A stretch of 64,000 nucleotides of DNA, from contig JAUCBJ010006708.1 of the NCBI GenBank assembly GCA_032718475.1, positions 24,182 to 88,181 on the forward strand, read 5' to 3'. The translations under genes were made by a program, and so were the position numbers. Positions 23,597 to 37,925 of the stretch are shown in pieces; position 1 is the stretch's first letter, and each line of letters opens with the position of its first letter. Source of the DNA: Nemertoderma westbladi. Lineage: Eukaryota; Animalia; Xenacoelomorpha. The notes beneath the pieces are model-generated. The model was not told where the DNA came from. It saw only the letters and a program-made list of their open reading frames with translations, and made no database searches.

Positions 23597-24079
23597 CCAT
23601 TTTAGGTTTATATAATATACTCCAAGCCATACTTACAAGTCTTCCTCATCTTACATACCTTGTGCGGTATTTCTGTTTTTTTAGTTTATTTCCCTGATGA
23701 TGCCCCTAGTGGGAGAAATTAATTGGATTGTATAATAAAACAGATAGAGTCGGGCGTAAAGAAACTCCTTTATTTCTCAGTCAGTGCACGAAATGCATTG
23801 TCGCGCCCTGAAGTCGGCTTGCCGTTTGATTAATAACTTTAATATGATAGATGTCTGGCTATGAGTAAAATGCAATGACTTCACATATATATGTCTTAAG
23901 TCAAATGTGAATGAGCTACAAGTACGTTAAAGCACCAATATTAACATTATGTGAAGAAAACCTTTGTATTCATTCAGACTGGCCCACATTGACTATTATA
24001 GGGTCTTCTCCGTTTTTTCAGAATCAATATGCCTAAAATGATCTATGGCTATGAGTAAAGGGTAACAGTATAACATAAG
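23597..24079 (+). repeat. ~480-bp leader, copy 1 (duplicated at 40808-41290)
   Basis: Near-identical from CCATTTTAGGTTTATAT to GGGTAACAGTATAACATAA; offset 17211 bp. Confidence 0.95.
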
Positions 24080-26193
24080 GGCTATCGTCCCCAACACCCC
24101 CACTCCGTTTCTTGGGGGCTATCGTCCCCAACACCCCCACATCTTTTCTTGGGAGCTATTGTCCCCAACACCCCCACTTATTTTCTTGGGGGCTATCGTC
24201 CCCAACACCCCCACTTCGTTTCTTGGGGGCTATCGTCCCCAACACCCCCACTTCTTTTCTTGGGGGCTATCGTCCCCAACACCCCCACTTCTTTTCTTGG
24301 GGGCTATCGTCCCCAACACCCCCACTTCTTTTCTTGGGGGCTATCGTCCCCAACACCGCCACTTCTTTTCTTGGGGGCTATCGTCCCCAACACCCCCACT
24401 TCTTTTCTTGGGGGCTATCGTCCCCAACACCCCCACTTCTTTTCGTGGGGGCTATCGTCCCCAACACCCCCACTTCTTTTCTTGGGGGCTATCGTCCCCG
24501 ACACCCCCACTTCTTTTCTTGGGGGCTATCGTCCCCAACACCCCCACTTCTTTTCTTGGGGGCTATCGTCCCCAACACCCCCACTTCTTTTCTTGTGGGC
24601 TATCGTCCCCAACACCCCCACTTCTTTTCTTGGGGGCTATCGTCCCCAACACCCCCACTTCTTTTCGTGGGGGCTATCGTCCCCAACACCCCCACTTCTT
24701 TTCTTGGGGGCTATCGTCCCCAACACCGCCACTTCTTTGCTTGGGGGCTATCGTCCCCAACACCCCCACTTCTTTTCTTGGGGGCTATCGTCCCCAACAC
24801 CCCCACTTCTTTTCGTGGGGGCTATCGTCCCCAACACCCCCACTTCTTTTCTTGGGGGCTATCGTCCCCAACACCCCCACTTCTTTTCTTGGGGGCTATC
24901 GTCCCCAACACCCCCACTTCTTTTCTTGGGGGCTATCGTCCCCAACACCCCCACTTCTTTTCGTGGGGGCTATCGTCCCCAACACCCCCACTTCTTTTCT
25001 TGGGGGCTATCGTCCCCAACACCGCCACTTCTTTTCTTGGGGGCTATCGTCCCCAACACCCCCACTTCTTTTCTTGGGGGCTATCGTCCCCAACACCCCC
25101 ACTTCTTTTCTTGGGGGCTATCGTCCCCAACACCCCCACTTCTTTTCTTGGGGGCTATCGTCCCCAACACCCCCACTTCTTTTCTTGGGGGCTATCGTCC
25201 CCAACACCCCCACTTCTTTTCTTGGGGGCTATCGTCCCCAACACCCCCACTTCTTTTCTTGGGGGCTATCGTCCCCAACACCCCCACTTCTTTTCTTGTG
25301 GGCTATCGTCCCCAACACCCCCACTTCTTTTCTTGGGGGCTATCGTCCCCAACACCCCCACTTCTTTTCGTGGGGGCTATCGTCCCCAACACCCCCACTT
25401 CTTTTCTTGGGGGCTATCGTCCCCAACACCGCCACTTCTTTTCTTGGGGGCTATCGTCCCCAACACCCCCACTTCTTTTCTTGGGGGCTATCGTCCCCAA
25501 CACCCCCACTTCTTTTCTTGGGGGCTATCGTCCCCAACACCCCCACTTCTTTTCGTGGGGGCTATCGTCCCCAACACCCCCACTTCTTTTCTTGGGAGCT
25601 ATTGTCCCCAACACCCCCACTTCTTTTCTTGGGGGCTATCGTCCCCAACACCCCCACTCCGTTTCTTGGGGGCTATCGTCCCCAACACCCCCACATCTTT
25701 TCTTGGGAGCTATTGTCCCCAACACCCCCACTTCTTTTCTTGGGGGCTATCGTCCCCAACACCCCCACTTCTTTTCTTGGGGGCTATCGTCCCCAACACC
25801 CCCACTTCTTTTCTTGGGGGCTATCGTCCCCAACACCCCCACTTCTTTTCTTGGGGGCTATCGTCCCCAACACCCCCACTTCTTTGCTTGGGGGCTATCG
25901 TCCCCAACACCCCCACTTCTTTTCTTGGGGGCTATCGTCCCCAACACCCCCACTTCTTTTCGTGGGGGCTATCGTCCCCAACACCCCCACTTCTTTTCTT
26001 GGGGGCTATCGTCCCCAACACCGCCACTTCTTTTCTTGGGGGCTATCGTCCCCAACACCCCCACTTCTTTTCTTGGGGGCTATCGTACCCAACACCCCCA
26101 CTTCTTTTCTTGGGGGCTATCGTCCCCAACACCCCCACTTCTTTTCTTGGGGGCTATCGTCCCCAACACCCCCACTTCTTTTCTTGGGGGCTA
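24080..26193. repeat. 37-bp satellite array 1 (~57 copies)
   Basis: Unit GGGGGCTATCGTCCCCAACACCCCCACTTCTTTTCTT. Confidence 0.99.
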
Positions 26194-27591
26194 GCGTTTT
26201 CTTTTTTCTTGGGGACCACAAACAATTGTCGCAATATTATGACAGCCACAAAAAAATATCGTAATGTTGTGACAGTCACAAACAATTGTCGCAAGGTTGT
26301 GACAGCCACAAACAATTGTCGTAATGTTGTGACAGCCACAAACAATTGTCTTAATGTTGCGACAGCCACAAACAATTGTCGTAATATTGTGACAGCTACA
26401 AACAATTGTCCGAATGTTGTGATAGCCACAAACAATTGTCGTAGTATTGTGACAACCACAAACAATTGTCGTAATGTTGTGACGGCCACAAACAATTGTC
26501 CGAATGTTGTGACAGCCACAAACAATTGTCGTAATGTTGCGACAGTCACAAACAATTGTCGTAATATTGTGACAGCCACAAACAATTGTCGTAATGTTGT
26601 GACGGCCACAAACAATTGTCCGAATGTTGTGACAGCCACAAACAATTGTCGTAATGTTGCGACAGCCACAAACAATTGTCGCAATATTCTGACAGCCACA
26701 ATCAATTGCCACAATGTTGTGACAGCCACAAACAATTGTCGCAATGTTGTGACAACCACAAACAATTGTAGCAATATTGTGACAGCCTCAAACAATTGAC
26801 GCCATGTAATGACAGCCACAAAGAATTGTCGTATTATTGTGACAGCTACAAACAATTGTCGTAATATTGTGACAGCCACAATCAATTGTCACAATGTTGT
26901 GACAGCCACAAACAATTGTCGTAATATTGTGACAGCCACAATCAATTGTCACAATGTTATGACAGCCACAAACCATTGTCGTAATGTTGCGACAGCCACA
27001 AACAATTGTCGTAACATTGTGACAGCTACAAACAATTGTCGTAATATTGTGACAGCCACAATCAATTGTCACAATGTTGTGACGGCCACAAACAATTGTC
27101 GTAATATTGTGACAGCCACAATCAATTGTCACAATGTTGTGACAGCCACAAACCATTGTCGTAATGTTGCGACAGCCACAAACAATTGTCGTAACATTGT
27201 GACAGCTACAAACAATTGTCGTAATATTGTGACAGCCACAATCAATTGTCACAATGTTGTGACAGCCACAAACAATTGTCGTAATATTGTGACAGCCACA
27301 ATCAATTGTCACAATGTTGTGACAGTCACAAACCATTGTCGTAATGTTGCGACAGCCACAAACAATTGTCGTAACATTGTGACAGCTACAAACAATTGTC
27401 GTAATATTGTGACAGCCACAATCAATTGTCACAATATTGTGACAGCCACAATCAATTGTCACAATGTTGTGACAGCCACAAACAATTGTCCAAATGTTGT
27501 AACAGCCACAAACAATTGCCGTAATATTAGAATTAATCCTCAAATAAACTTTTAAATTTATCATCAAAATAATATAAGTGTGTAAATTTAC

Positions 27592-27720
27592 CTCTTTATC
27601 AGCGGTGGGTTCATCGAGCAGATCAAGATCGCTTGTGCAGATCGGTTGCTTATCAGGAGCAGCAGAGCCACCCAATATCAACGGAATATTATCCGTTATG
27701 TCGTCAATTTCTTCGTTAAA
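27592..27720 (-). CDS. Putative 129-nt phase-0 exon, copy at 27.6 kb
   Basis: TTTTTTCCAG|FNEEIDDITDNIPLILGGSAAPDKQPICTSDLDLLDEPTADKE|GTAAAT; the other two minus-strand frames are closed. Confidence 0.55.
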
Positions 27721-27803
27721 CTGGAAAAAATATAGATACATTGGATTGTGTTAATAAACAATGCTTGCAGGTTTGCAAAGAGTAACTCTTGCAAACCTCT
27801 TAC

Positions 27804-27833
27804 CATGGTAGTTTCACACACAAAATCTCACAG
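27804..27833 (-). other. Putative 30-nt micro-exon ending in ACCATG (present in six cassettes)
   Basis: GTTTTAG|CTGTGAGATTTTGTGTGTGAAACTACCATG|GTAAGA, separated from the 129-nt exon by an 83-nt GT-AG intron. Confidence 0.4.
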
Positions 27834-28944
27834 CTAAAACTAACTGTGTTGGGACACTAACAAAATTTTCCGAATATTGTGACAGCCACAATCAATTGTA
27901 GTAATTTTGTGACAGCCACAAACAATTGTCTGAATGTTGTGACAGCCACAAACATTTGTCGCAATGTTGGGATTGCCACAAACAATTTTCCGAATGTTGT
28001 GGCAGCCACAAACAATTGTCGCAATGTTGTAACAGCCACAAACAATTGTCCGAATGTTGTGATAGCCACAAACAATTGTCGTAATGTTGTGACAGCCACA
28101 AACAATTGTAGTAATGTTGTGACAGCCACAAGCAATTGTCGCAATATTGTGACAGCCACAAAAAAATGTCGTAATGTTGTGACAGTCACAAACAATTTCA
28201 GAATGTTGTGACAGCCGCAAACAATTGCCAGAATGTTATGACAGCCACAAACAATAGTCGTAGTTTTGTGATACGCACAAACAATGGAGAAATTCTGTAT
28301 CAGCCACGAACAACTGCTGTGTTGCAGTATGCCGTGCAACCGGGACAGCTACAAACAATTTTCGTAATGTTGAGACAGCCATAAACAATTGTCGTAGTAT
28401 TGTGACAACCACAAACAATTGTCGTAATGTTGTGACGGCCACAAACAATTGTCCGAATGTTGTGACAGTCACAAACAATTGTCGTAATGTGGCGACAGTC
28501 ACAAACAATTGACGCCATGTAATGACAGCCACAAAGAATTGTCGTAATATTGTGACAGCTACAAACAATTGTCGTAATATTGTGACAGCCACAATCAATT
28601 GTCACAATGTTGTGACAGCCACAAACAATTGTCGTAATATTGTGACAGCCACAATCAATTGTCACAATGTTGTGACAGCCACAAACCATTGTCGTAATGT
28701 TGCGACAGCCACAAACAATTGTCGTAACATTGTGACAGCTACAAACAATTGTCGTAATATTGTGACAGCCACAATCAATTGTCACAATGTTGTGACAGCC
28801 ACAAACAATTGTCGCAATATTCTGACAGCCACAGTCAATTGTCACAATGTTGTAACAGCCACAAACAATTGCCGTAATATTAGAATTAATCTTCAAATAA
28901 ACTTTTAAATTTATCATCAAAATAATATAAGTGTGTAAATTTAC

Positions 28945-29073
28945 CGCTTTATCAGCGGTGGGTTCATCGAGCAGATCAAGATCGCTTGTGCAGATCGGTT
29001 GCTTTTCAGGAGCAGCAGAGCCACCCAATATCAACGGAATATTATCCGTTATGTCGTCAATTTCTTCGTTAAA
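28945..29073 (-). CDS. Putative 129-nt exon copy (APEKQ..ADKA variant)
   Basis: TTTTCTAG acceptor, GTAAAT donor, open frame. Confidence 0.5.
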
Positions 29074-30819
29074 CTAGAAAAAATATAGATACATTGGATT
29101 GTGTTAATAAACAATGCTTGCAGGTTTGCAAAAAGTAACTCTTGCAAACTTCTTACCATGGTAGTTTCACACACAAAATCTCACAGCTAAAACTAACTGT
29201 GTTGGGACACTAACAAAATTTTCCGAATATTGTGACAGCCACAATCAATTGTAGTAATTTTGTGACAGCCACAAACAATTGTCTGAATGTTGTGACAGCC
29301 ACAAACATTTGTCGCAATGTTGGGACTGCCACAAACAATTTTCCGAATGTTGTGGCAGCCACAAACAATTGTCGCAATGTTGTAACAGCCACAAACAATT
29401 GTCCGAATGTTGTGATACGCACAAACAATGGAGAAATTCTGTATCAGCCACGAACAACTGCTGTGTTGCAGTATGCCGTGCAACCGGGACAGCTACAAAC
29501 AATTTTCGTAATGTTGAGACAGCCATAAACAATTGTCGCAATGTTGTGACAGCTACAAACAATTTTCGTAATGTTTTGAAAGCCACAAACAATTGTCGTA
29601 ATGTTGTGACAGCCACAAACAATTGTCTCAATATTGTGACAGCCACAAACAATTGTCGCAATATTGTGACAGCCACAAAAAATTGTCGTAATGTCGTGAC
29701 AGTCACAAACAATTTCAGAATGTTGTGACAGCCGCAAACAATTGTCAGAATGTTATGACAGCCACAAACAATAGTCGTAGTTTTGTGATACGCACAAACA
29801 ATGGAGAAATTCTGTATCAGAACCAACAACTGCTGTGTTGCAGTATGCCGTGCAACCGGGACAGCTACAAACAATTTTTGTAATGTTGAGACTGCCACAA
29901 ACAATTGTCGCAATGTTGTGACAGCTACAAACAATTTTCGTAATGTTTTGAAAGCCACAAACAATTGTCGTAATGTTGTGACAGCCACAAACAATTGTCG
30001 TAATGTTGTGACAGCCACAAACAATTGTCTCAATAATGTGACAGCCACAAACAATTGTTGCAATATTGTGACAGCCACAAACAATTGACGCAATGTAATG
30101 ACAGCCACAAAGAATTGTCGTAATATTGTGACAACCACAAACAATTGTCGTAATGTTGTGACGGCCACAAACAATTGTCCGAATGTTGTGAGAGCCACAA
30201 ACAATTGTCGTAATGTTACGACAGTCACAAACAATTGTCATAATATTGTGACAGCCACAAAAAATTGTCGTAATGTTGTGATGGCCACAAACAATTGTCC
30301 GAATGTTGTGACAGCCACAAACAATTGTCGTAATGTTGCGACAGCCACAAATAATTGTCGCAATATTCTGACAGCCACAATCAATTGTCACAATGTTGTG
30401 ACAGCCACAAACAATTGTCGCAATGTTGTGACAACCACAAACAATTGTAACAATATTGTGACAGCCTCAAACAATTGACGCAATGTAATGACAGCCACAA
30501 AGAATTGTCGTAATATTGTGACAGCTACAAACAATTGTCGTAATATTGTGACAGCCACAATCAATTGTCACAATGTTGTGACAGCCACAAACAATTGTCG
30601 TAATGTTGCGACAGCCACAAACAATTGTCGTAATATTGTGACAGCTACAAACAATTGTCGTAATATTGTGACAGCTACAAACAATTGTCGTAATATTGTG
30701 ACAGCCACAAAAATTGCAGGAATGTTGTAACAGCCACAAACAATTGCCGTAATATTAGAATTATTCTTCAAATAAACTTTTAAATTTATCATCAAAATAA
30801 TATAAGTGTGTAAATTTAC

Positions 30820-30948
30820 CTCTTTATCAGCGGTGAGGTCGTCGAGCAGATCAACATCGCTTATGCAGATCGGTTGCTTATCAGGAGCAGCAGAGCCACC
30901 CAATATCAACGGAATATTATCCGTTATGTCGTCAATTTCTTCGTTAAA
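30820..30948 (-). CDS. Putative 129-nt exon copy (CISDVDLLDDLT variant)
   Basis: TCTCTAG acceptor, GTAAAT donor, open frame. Confidence 0.5.
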
Positions 30949-33142
30949 CTAGAGAAAATATAGATACATTGGATTGTGTTAATAAACAATGCTTGCAGGT
31001 TTGCAAAGAGTAACTCTTGCAAACCTCTTACCATGGTAGTTTCACACACAAAATCTCACAGCTAAAACTAACTGTGTTGGGACACTAACAAAATTTTCCG
31101 AATATTGTGACAGCCACAATAAATTGTAGTAATTTTGTGACAGCCACAAACAATTGTCTGAATGTTGTGACAGCCACAAACATTTGTCGCAATGTTGGGA
31201 CTGCCACAAACAATTATCCGAATGTTGTGACAGCCACAAACAATTGTTGCAATGTTGTAACAGCCACAAACAATTGTCGCAATATTGTGACAGCCACAAC
31301 CAATTGTCGCAATATTATGACAGCCACATATAATTGTCGTAATGTTGTGACAGTCACAAACAATTTCAGAATGTTGTGACAGCCGCAAACAATTGCCAGA
31401 ATGTTATGACAACCACAAACAATAGTCGTAGTTTTGTGATACGCACAAACAATGGATAAATTCTGTATCAGCCACAAACAACTGCTGTGTTGCAGTATGC
31501 CGTGCAACCGGGACAGCTACAAACAATTTTCGTAATGTTGAGACAGCCACAAACAATTGTCGCAATGTTGTGACAGCTGCAAACAATTTTTGTAATGTTT
31601 AAAAGCCACAAACAATTGTCGTAATGTTGTGACAGCCACAAACAATTGTCGTAATGTTGTGACAGCCACAAAAAATTGTCTCAATATTGTGACAGCCACA
31701 AACAATTGTCGCAATATTGTGACAGCCACAAAAACTTGTCGTAATGTCGTGACAGTCACAAACAATTTCAGAATGTTGTGACAGCCGCAAACAATTGTCA
31801 GAATGTTATGACAGCCACAAACAATAGTCGTAGTTTTGTGATACGCACAAACAATGGAGAAATTCTGTATCAGCCACGAACAACTGCTGTGTTGCAGTAT
31901 GCCGTGCAACCGGGACAGCTACAAACAATTTTCGTAATGTTGAGACAGCCACAAACAATTGTCGCAATGTTGTGACAGCTACAAACAATTTTCGTAATGT
32001 TGAGACAGCCACAAACAATTGTCGCAATGTTGTGACAGCTACAAACAATTTTCGAAATGTTTTGAAAGCCACAAACAATTGTCGTAATGTTGTGACTGCC
32101 ACAAACAATTGTCGTAATGTTGTGACAGCCACAAACAATTGTCTCAATAATGTGACAGCCACAAACAATTGTTGCAATATTGTGACAGCCACAAACAATT
32201 GACGCAATGTAATGACAGCCACAAAGAATTGTCGTAATATTGTGACAACCACAAACAATTGTCGTAATGTTGTGACGGCCACAAACAATTGTCCGAATGT
32301 TGTGAGAGCCACAAACAATTGTCGTAATGTTACGACAGTCACAAACAATTGTCATAATATTGTGACAGCCACAAAAAATTGTCGTAATGTTGTGATGGCC
32401 ACAAACTATTGTCCGAATGTTGTGACAGCCACAAACAATTGTCGTAATGTTGCGACAGCCACAAATAATTGTCGCAATATTCTGACAGCCACAATCAATT
32501 GTCACAATGTTGTGACAGCCACAAAGAATTGTCGCAATGTTGTGACAACCACAAACAATTGTAGCAATATTGTGACAGCCTCAAACAATTGTCGCAAGGT
32601 TGTGACAGCCTCAAACAATTGACGCAATGTAATGACAGCCACAAAGAATTGTCGTAATATTGTGACAGCTACAAACAATTGTCGTAATATTGTGACAGCC
32701 ACAATCAATTGTCACAATGTTGTGACAGCCACAAACAATTGTCGTAATGTAGCGACAGCCACAAACAAATGTCGTAATATTGTGACAGCTACAAACAATT
32801 GTCGGAATATTGTGACAGCTACAAACAATTGTCGTAATATTGTGACAGCCACAAAAATTGCAGGATTGTTGTAACAGCCACAAACAATTGACGCAATGTA
32901 ATGACAGCCACAAACAATTGTCGTAATATTGTGACAGCCACAAACAATTGACGCAATGTAATGACAGCCACAAACAATTGTCGTAATATTGTGACAGCTA
33001 CAAACAATTGTCGTAATATTGTGACAGCCACAAAAATTGCAGGAATGTTGTAACAGCCACAAACAATTGCCGTAATATTAGAATTATTCTTCAAATAAAC
33101 TTTTAAATTTATCATCAAAATAATATAAGTGTGTAAATTTAC

Positions 33143-33271
33143 CTCTTTATCAGCGGTGGGTTCATCGAGCAGATCAAGATCGCTTATGCAGATCGGTTGC
33201 TTATCAGGAGCAGCAGAGCCACCCAATATCAACGGAATAGTATCCGTTATGTCGTCAATTTCTTCGTTAAA
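33143..33271 (-). CDS. Putative 129-nt exon copy (TDTIP, CISDL variant)
   Basis: AG and GT intact, open frame. Confidence 0.5.
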
Positions 33272-35812
33272 CTAGAAAAAATATAGATACATTGGATTGT
33301 GTTAATAAACAATGCATGCAGGTTTGCAAAGAGTAACTCTTGCAAACCTCTTACCATGGTAGTTTCACACACAAAATCTCACAGCTAAAACTAACTGTGT
33401 TGGGACACTAACAAAATTCTCCGAATATTGTGACAGCCACAATCAATTGTAGTAATTTTGTGACAGCCACAAACAATTGTCTGAATGTTGTGACAGCCAC
33501 AAACATTTGTCGCAATGTTGGGACTGCCACAAACAATTATCCGAATGTTGTGACAGCCACAAACAATTGTCGCAATGTTGTAACAGCCACAAACAATTGT
33601 CGTAATGTTGTGACAGCCACAAACAATTGTCCGAATGTTGTGACAGACACAAACAATTGTCGTAATGTTGTGACAGCCACAAACAATTGTAGTAATGTTG
33701 TGACAGCCACAAGCAATTGTCGCAATATTGTGACAGCCACAACCAATTGTCGCAATATTATGACAGCCACATATAATTGTCGTAATGTTGTGACAGTCAC
33801 AAACAATTGTAGCAATATTGTGACAGCCACAAAAATTGTCGTAATGTTGTGACAGTCCCAAAAAATTTCAGAATGTTGTAACAGTTGCAAACAAATGCCG
33901 GAATGTTGTGACAGCCACAAACAAATGTTGTAGTTTTGTGATACGCACAAACAATGGAGGAATTCTGCATCAGCCACAAACAACTGCAGTGTAGCAGTCT
34001 GCCGTGCAACCGGGACAACTACAAACAATTGTCGGAATGTTAAGACAGCCACAAACAATTGTCGCAGTATTGTGACAGCTACAAACAATTGTCGTAATGT
34101 TGTGACAGCCGCGTACAATTGCCGGAATGTTGTGACAGCTACAAAAAATTGTCGAAATGTTGTGACAGCCACAACAAATTGTCGCAATGTTGTGACAGCC
34201 ACAAACAATTATCGCAAGGTTGTGACAGCCACAAATAATTGTCGTAATGTTGTGACAGCCACAAACAATTGTCGTAATATTGTGACAGCCGCAAACAATG
34301 GTCGAAATGTTGAGATAGCCACAAAAAATTGTCGCAATGCTGTGACAGCCACAAACAATTGTCGCAAGGTTGTGACAGCCACAAACAATTATCGCTCGGT
34401 TTTGACAGCCACAAACAATTGTCGTAATGTTTTGACAGCCACAAACAATTGTCGTAATATTGTGAAAGCCGCAAACAATTGTCGGAATATTGTGAATGCA
34501 GAAAACAATTTTCGTAATGTTGTGACAGCCACACACAATTGTCGTAATATTGTAACAGCCGAAAACAATTGTCGGAATGTTGTGACAGCCACAAACAATT
34601 GTCGTAATGGTGTGACAGCCACAAATAATAGTCGTATTGTTGTGATAGCTACAAACAATTTACGGAATGTTGTGACAGCCGCAAACAATTGCCGGATTGT
34701 TGTGACAGCCGCAAAAAATTGTCGTAATGTTGTGACAACCACAAACAATTGTCGTAATGTTGTGACGACCACAAACAATTGTCCACATGTTGTGACAGCC
34801 ACAAACAATTGTTGTAATTTTGCGACAGCCACAAACAATTTTCGTAATATTGTGACAGCTACAAACAATTGTCGTAATGTTGTGACGGCCACAAACAATT
34901 GTCCGAATGTTGTGACAGCCACAAACCATTGTCGTAATGTTGTGACAACCACAAACAATTGTCGTAATGTTGTGACGGCCACAAACAATTGTCCGAATGT
35001 TGTGACAGCCACAAACAATTGTCCTAATGTTGCGACAGCCACAAACAATTGTCGTAATATTGTGATAGCCACAAAAAATTGTCGCAATATTCTGACAGCC
35101 ACAATCAATTGTCACAATGTTGTGACAGCCACAAACAATTGTCGCAATGTTGTGTCAACCACAAACACTTGTAGCAATATTGTGACAGCCTCAAACAATT
35201 GACGCAATGTAATGACAGCCACAAAGAATTGTCGTAATATTGTGACAGCTACAAACAATTGTCGTAATATTGTGACAGCCACAATCAATTGTCACAATGT
35301 TGTGACAGCCACAAACAATTGTCGTAATGTTGCGACAGCCACAAACAATTGTCGTAATATTGTGACAGATACAAACAATTGTCGTAATATTGTGACAGCT
35401 ACAAACAATTGTCGTAATATTGTGACAGCCACAAAAATTGCAGGAATGTTGTAACAGCCACAAACAATTGCCGTAATATTGTGACAGCTACAAACAATTG
35501 TCGTAATATTGTGACAGCTACAAACAATTGTCGTAATATTGTGACAGCCACAATCAATTGTCACAATGTTGTGACAGCCACAAACAATTGTCGTAATGTT
35601 GCGACAGCCACAAACAATTGTCGTAATATTGTGACAGCTACAAACAATTGTCGTAATATTGTGACAGCTACAAACAATTGTCGTAATATTGTGACAGCCA
35701 CAAAAATTGCAGGAATGTTGTAACAGCCACAAACAATTGCCGTAATATTAGAATTAATCTTCAAATAAACTTTTAAATTTATCATCAAAATAATATAAGT
35801 GTGTAAATTTAC

Positions 35813-35941
35813 ATCCTTATCAGCGGTGGGTTCATCGAGCAGATCAAGATCGCTTATGCAGATCGGTTGCTTATCAGGAGCAGCAGAGCCACCCAATATC
35901 AACGGAATATTACCCGTTATGACGTCAATTTCTTCGTTAAA
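35813..35941 (-). CDS. Putative 129-nt exon copy (DVITGNIP, CISDL, ADKD variant)
   Basis: AG and GT intact, open frame. Confidence 0.5.
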
Positions 35942-37796
35942 CTAGAAAAAATATAGATACATTGGATTGTGTTAATAAACAATGCTTGCAGGTTTGCAAA
36001 AAGTAACTCTTGCAAACCTCTTACCATGGTAGTTTCACACACAAAATCTCACAGCTAAAACTAACTGTGTTGGGACAGTCACAAACAACTTCGGAATATT
36101 GTGACAGCCACAATCAATTGTAGTAATTTTGTAACAGCCACAAACAATTGTCTGAATGTTGTGACAGCTACAAACATTTGTCGCAATGTTGTGACAGCCA
36201 CAAACAATTGTCCGAATGTTGTGACAGCCACAAACAATTGTCGTAATGTTTTGACAGCCAAAAACAATTGTCGCAATATTGTGACAGCCACAAACAATTG
36301 TCGCAATATTATGACAGCCACAAAAAATATCGTAATGTTGTGACAGTCACAAACAATTGTCGCAAGGTTGTGACAGCCACAAACAATTGTCGTAATGTTG
36401 TGACAGCCACAAACAATTGTCGTAAAGTTGTTACAGCCACAAACAATTGTCGTAATGTTGTGACAGCAACAAACAATTGTCGTAATGTTGTGTCAGCTAC
36501 AAACAATTGTCGCAATGTTGTGACAGCCACAAACAATTGTCGTAATGTTGTTACAGCCACAAACAATTGTCGTAATGTTGTGACAGCAACAAACAATTGT
36601 CGTAATGTTGTGTCAGCTACAAACAATTGTCGCAATGTTGTGACAGCCACAAACAATTGTACGAATGCTGTGACAGCTACAAACAATTGTCGTAATGTTG
36701 TGACAGCCACAAACAATCGTACAAATGTTGTGACAGCAACAAACAATTGTATGAATGTTGTGACAGCTACAAACAATTGTCTTAATGTAGTGACAACTAC
36801 AAACAATTGTCGTAATGTTGTGACAGCCACAAACAATTGTAGTAATTTTGTGACAGCCACAAACAATTGTCCGAATGTTGTGATAGCTACAAACAATTGT
36901 CGTAATGTTGTGACAGCTACAAACCGAATGTTGTGATAGCTACAAACAATTGTCGTAATGTTGTGACAGCTACAATACAATTGTCGTAATTTTGTGACAG
37001 CCACAAACAATTGTCGTAATGTTGTTACAGCCACAAACAGTTATTGTCGTAATGTTGTGAAAGCAAAAAACAATTATCGCAATCTTGTGACAGCTACAAA
37101 CAATTGTAGTAATGTTGTGACAGCCACAAACAATTATTGTCGTAATGTTGTGACAGCCACAAACAATTATTATCGTAATGTTGTGACAGCCACAAACAAT
37201 TGTAGTAATTTTGTGACAGCCACTAACAATTGTAGTAATTTTGTGACAGCCACAAACAATTATTGTCGTAATGTTGTGACAGCCACAAACAATTGTAGTA
37301 GTTTTGTGACAGCCACAAACAATTGTAGTAATTTTGTGACAGCCACAAACAATTATTGTCGTAATGTTGTGAAAGCAAAAAACAATTATCGCAATCTTGT
37401 GACAGCTACAAACAATTGTAGTAATGTTGTGACAGCCACAAACAATTATTGTCGTAATGTTGTGACAGCCACAAACAATTATTGTCGTAATGTTGTGACA
37501 GCTACAAACAATTGTCGTAATATTGTGACAGCCACAATCAATTGTCACAATGTTGTGACAGCCACAAACAATTGTCGTAATGTTGCGACAGCCACAAACA
37601 ATTGTCGTAATATTGTGACAGCTACAAACAATTGTCGTAATATTGTGACAGCTACAAACAATTGTCGTAATATTGTGACAGCCACAAAAATTGCAGGAAT
37701 GTTGTAACAGCCACAAACAATTGCCGTAATATTAGAATTAATCTTCAAATAAACTTTTAAATTTATCATCAAAATAATATAAGTGTGTAAATTTAC

Positions 37797-37925
37797 ATCC
37801 TTATCAGCGGTGGGTTCATCGAGCAGATCAAGATCGCTTGTGTAGATCGGTTGCTTATCAGGAGCAGCAGAGCCACCCAATATCAACGGAATATTACCCG
37901 TTATGACGTCAATTTCTTCGTTAAA
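37797..37925 (-). CDS. Putative 129-nt exon copy (DVITGNIP, IYTSD, ADKD variant)
   Basis: AG and GT intact, open frame. Confidence 0.5.
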
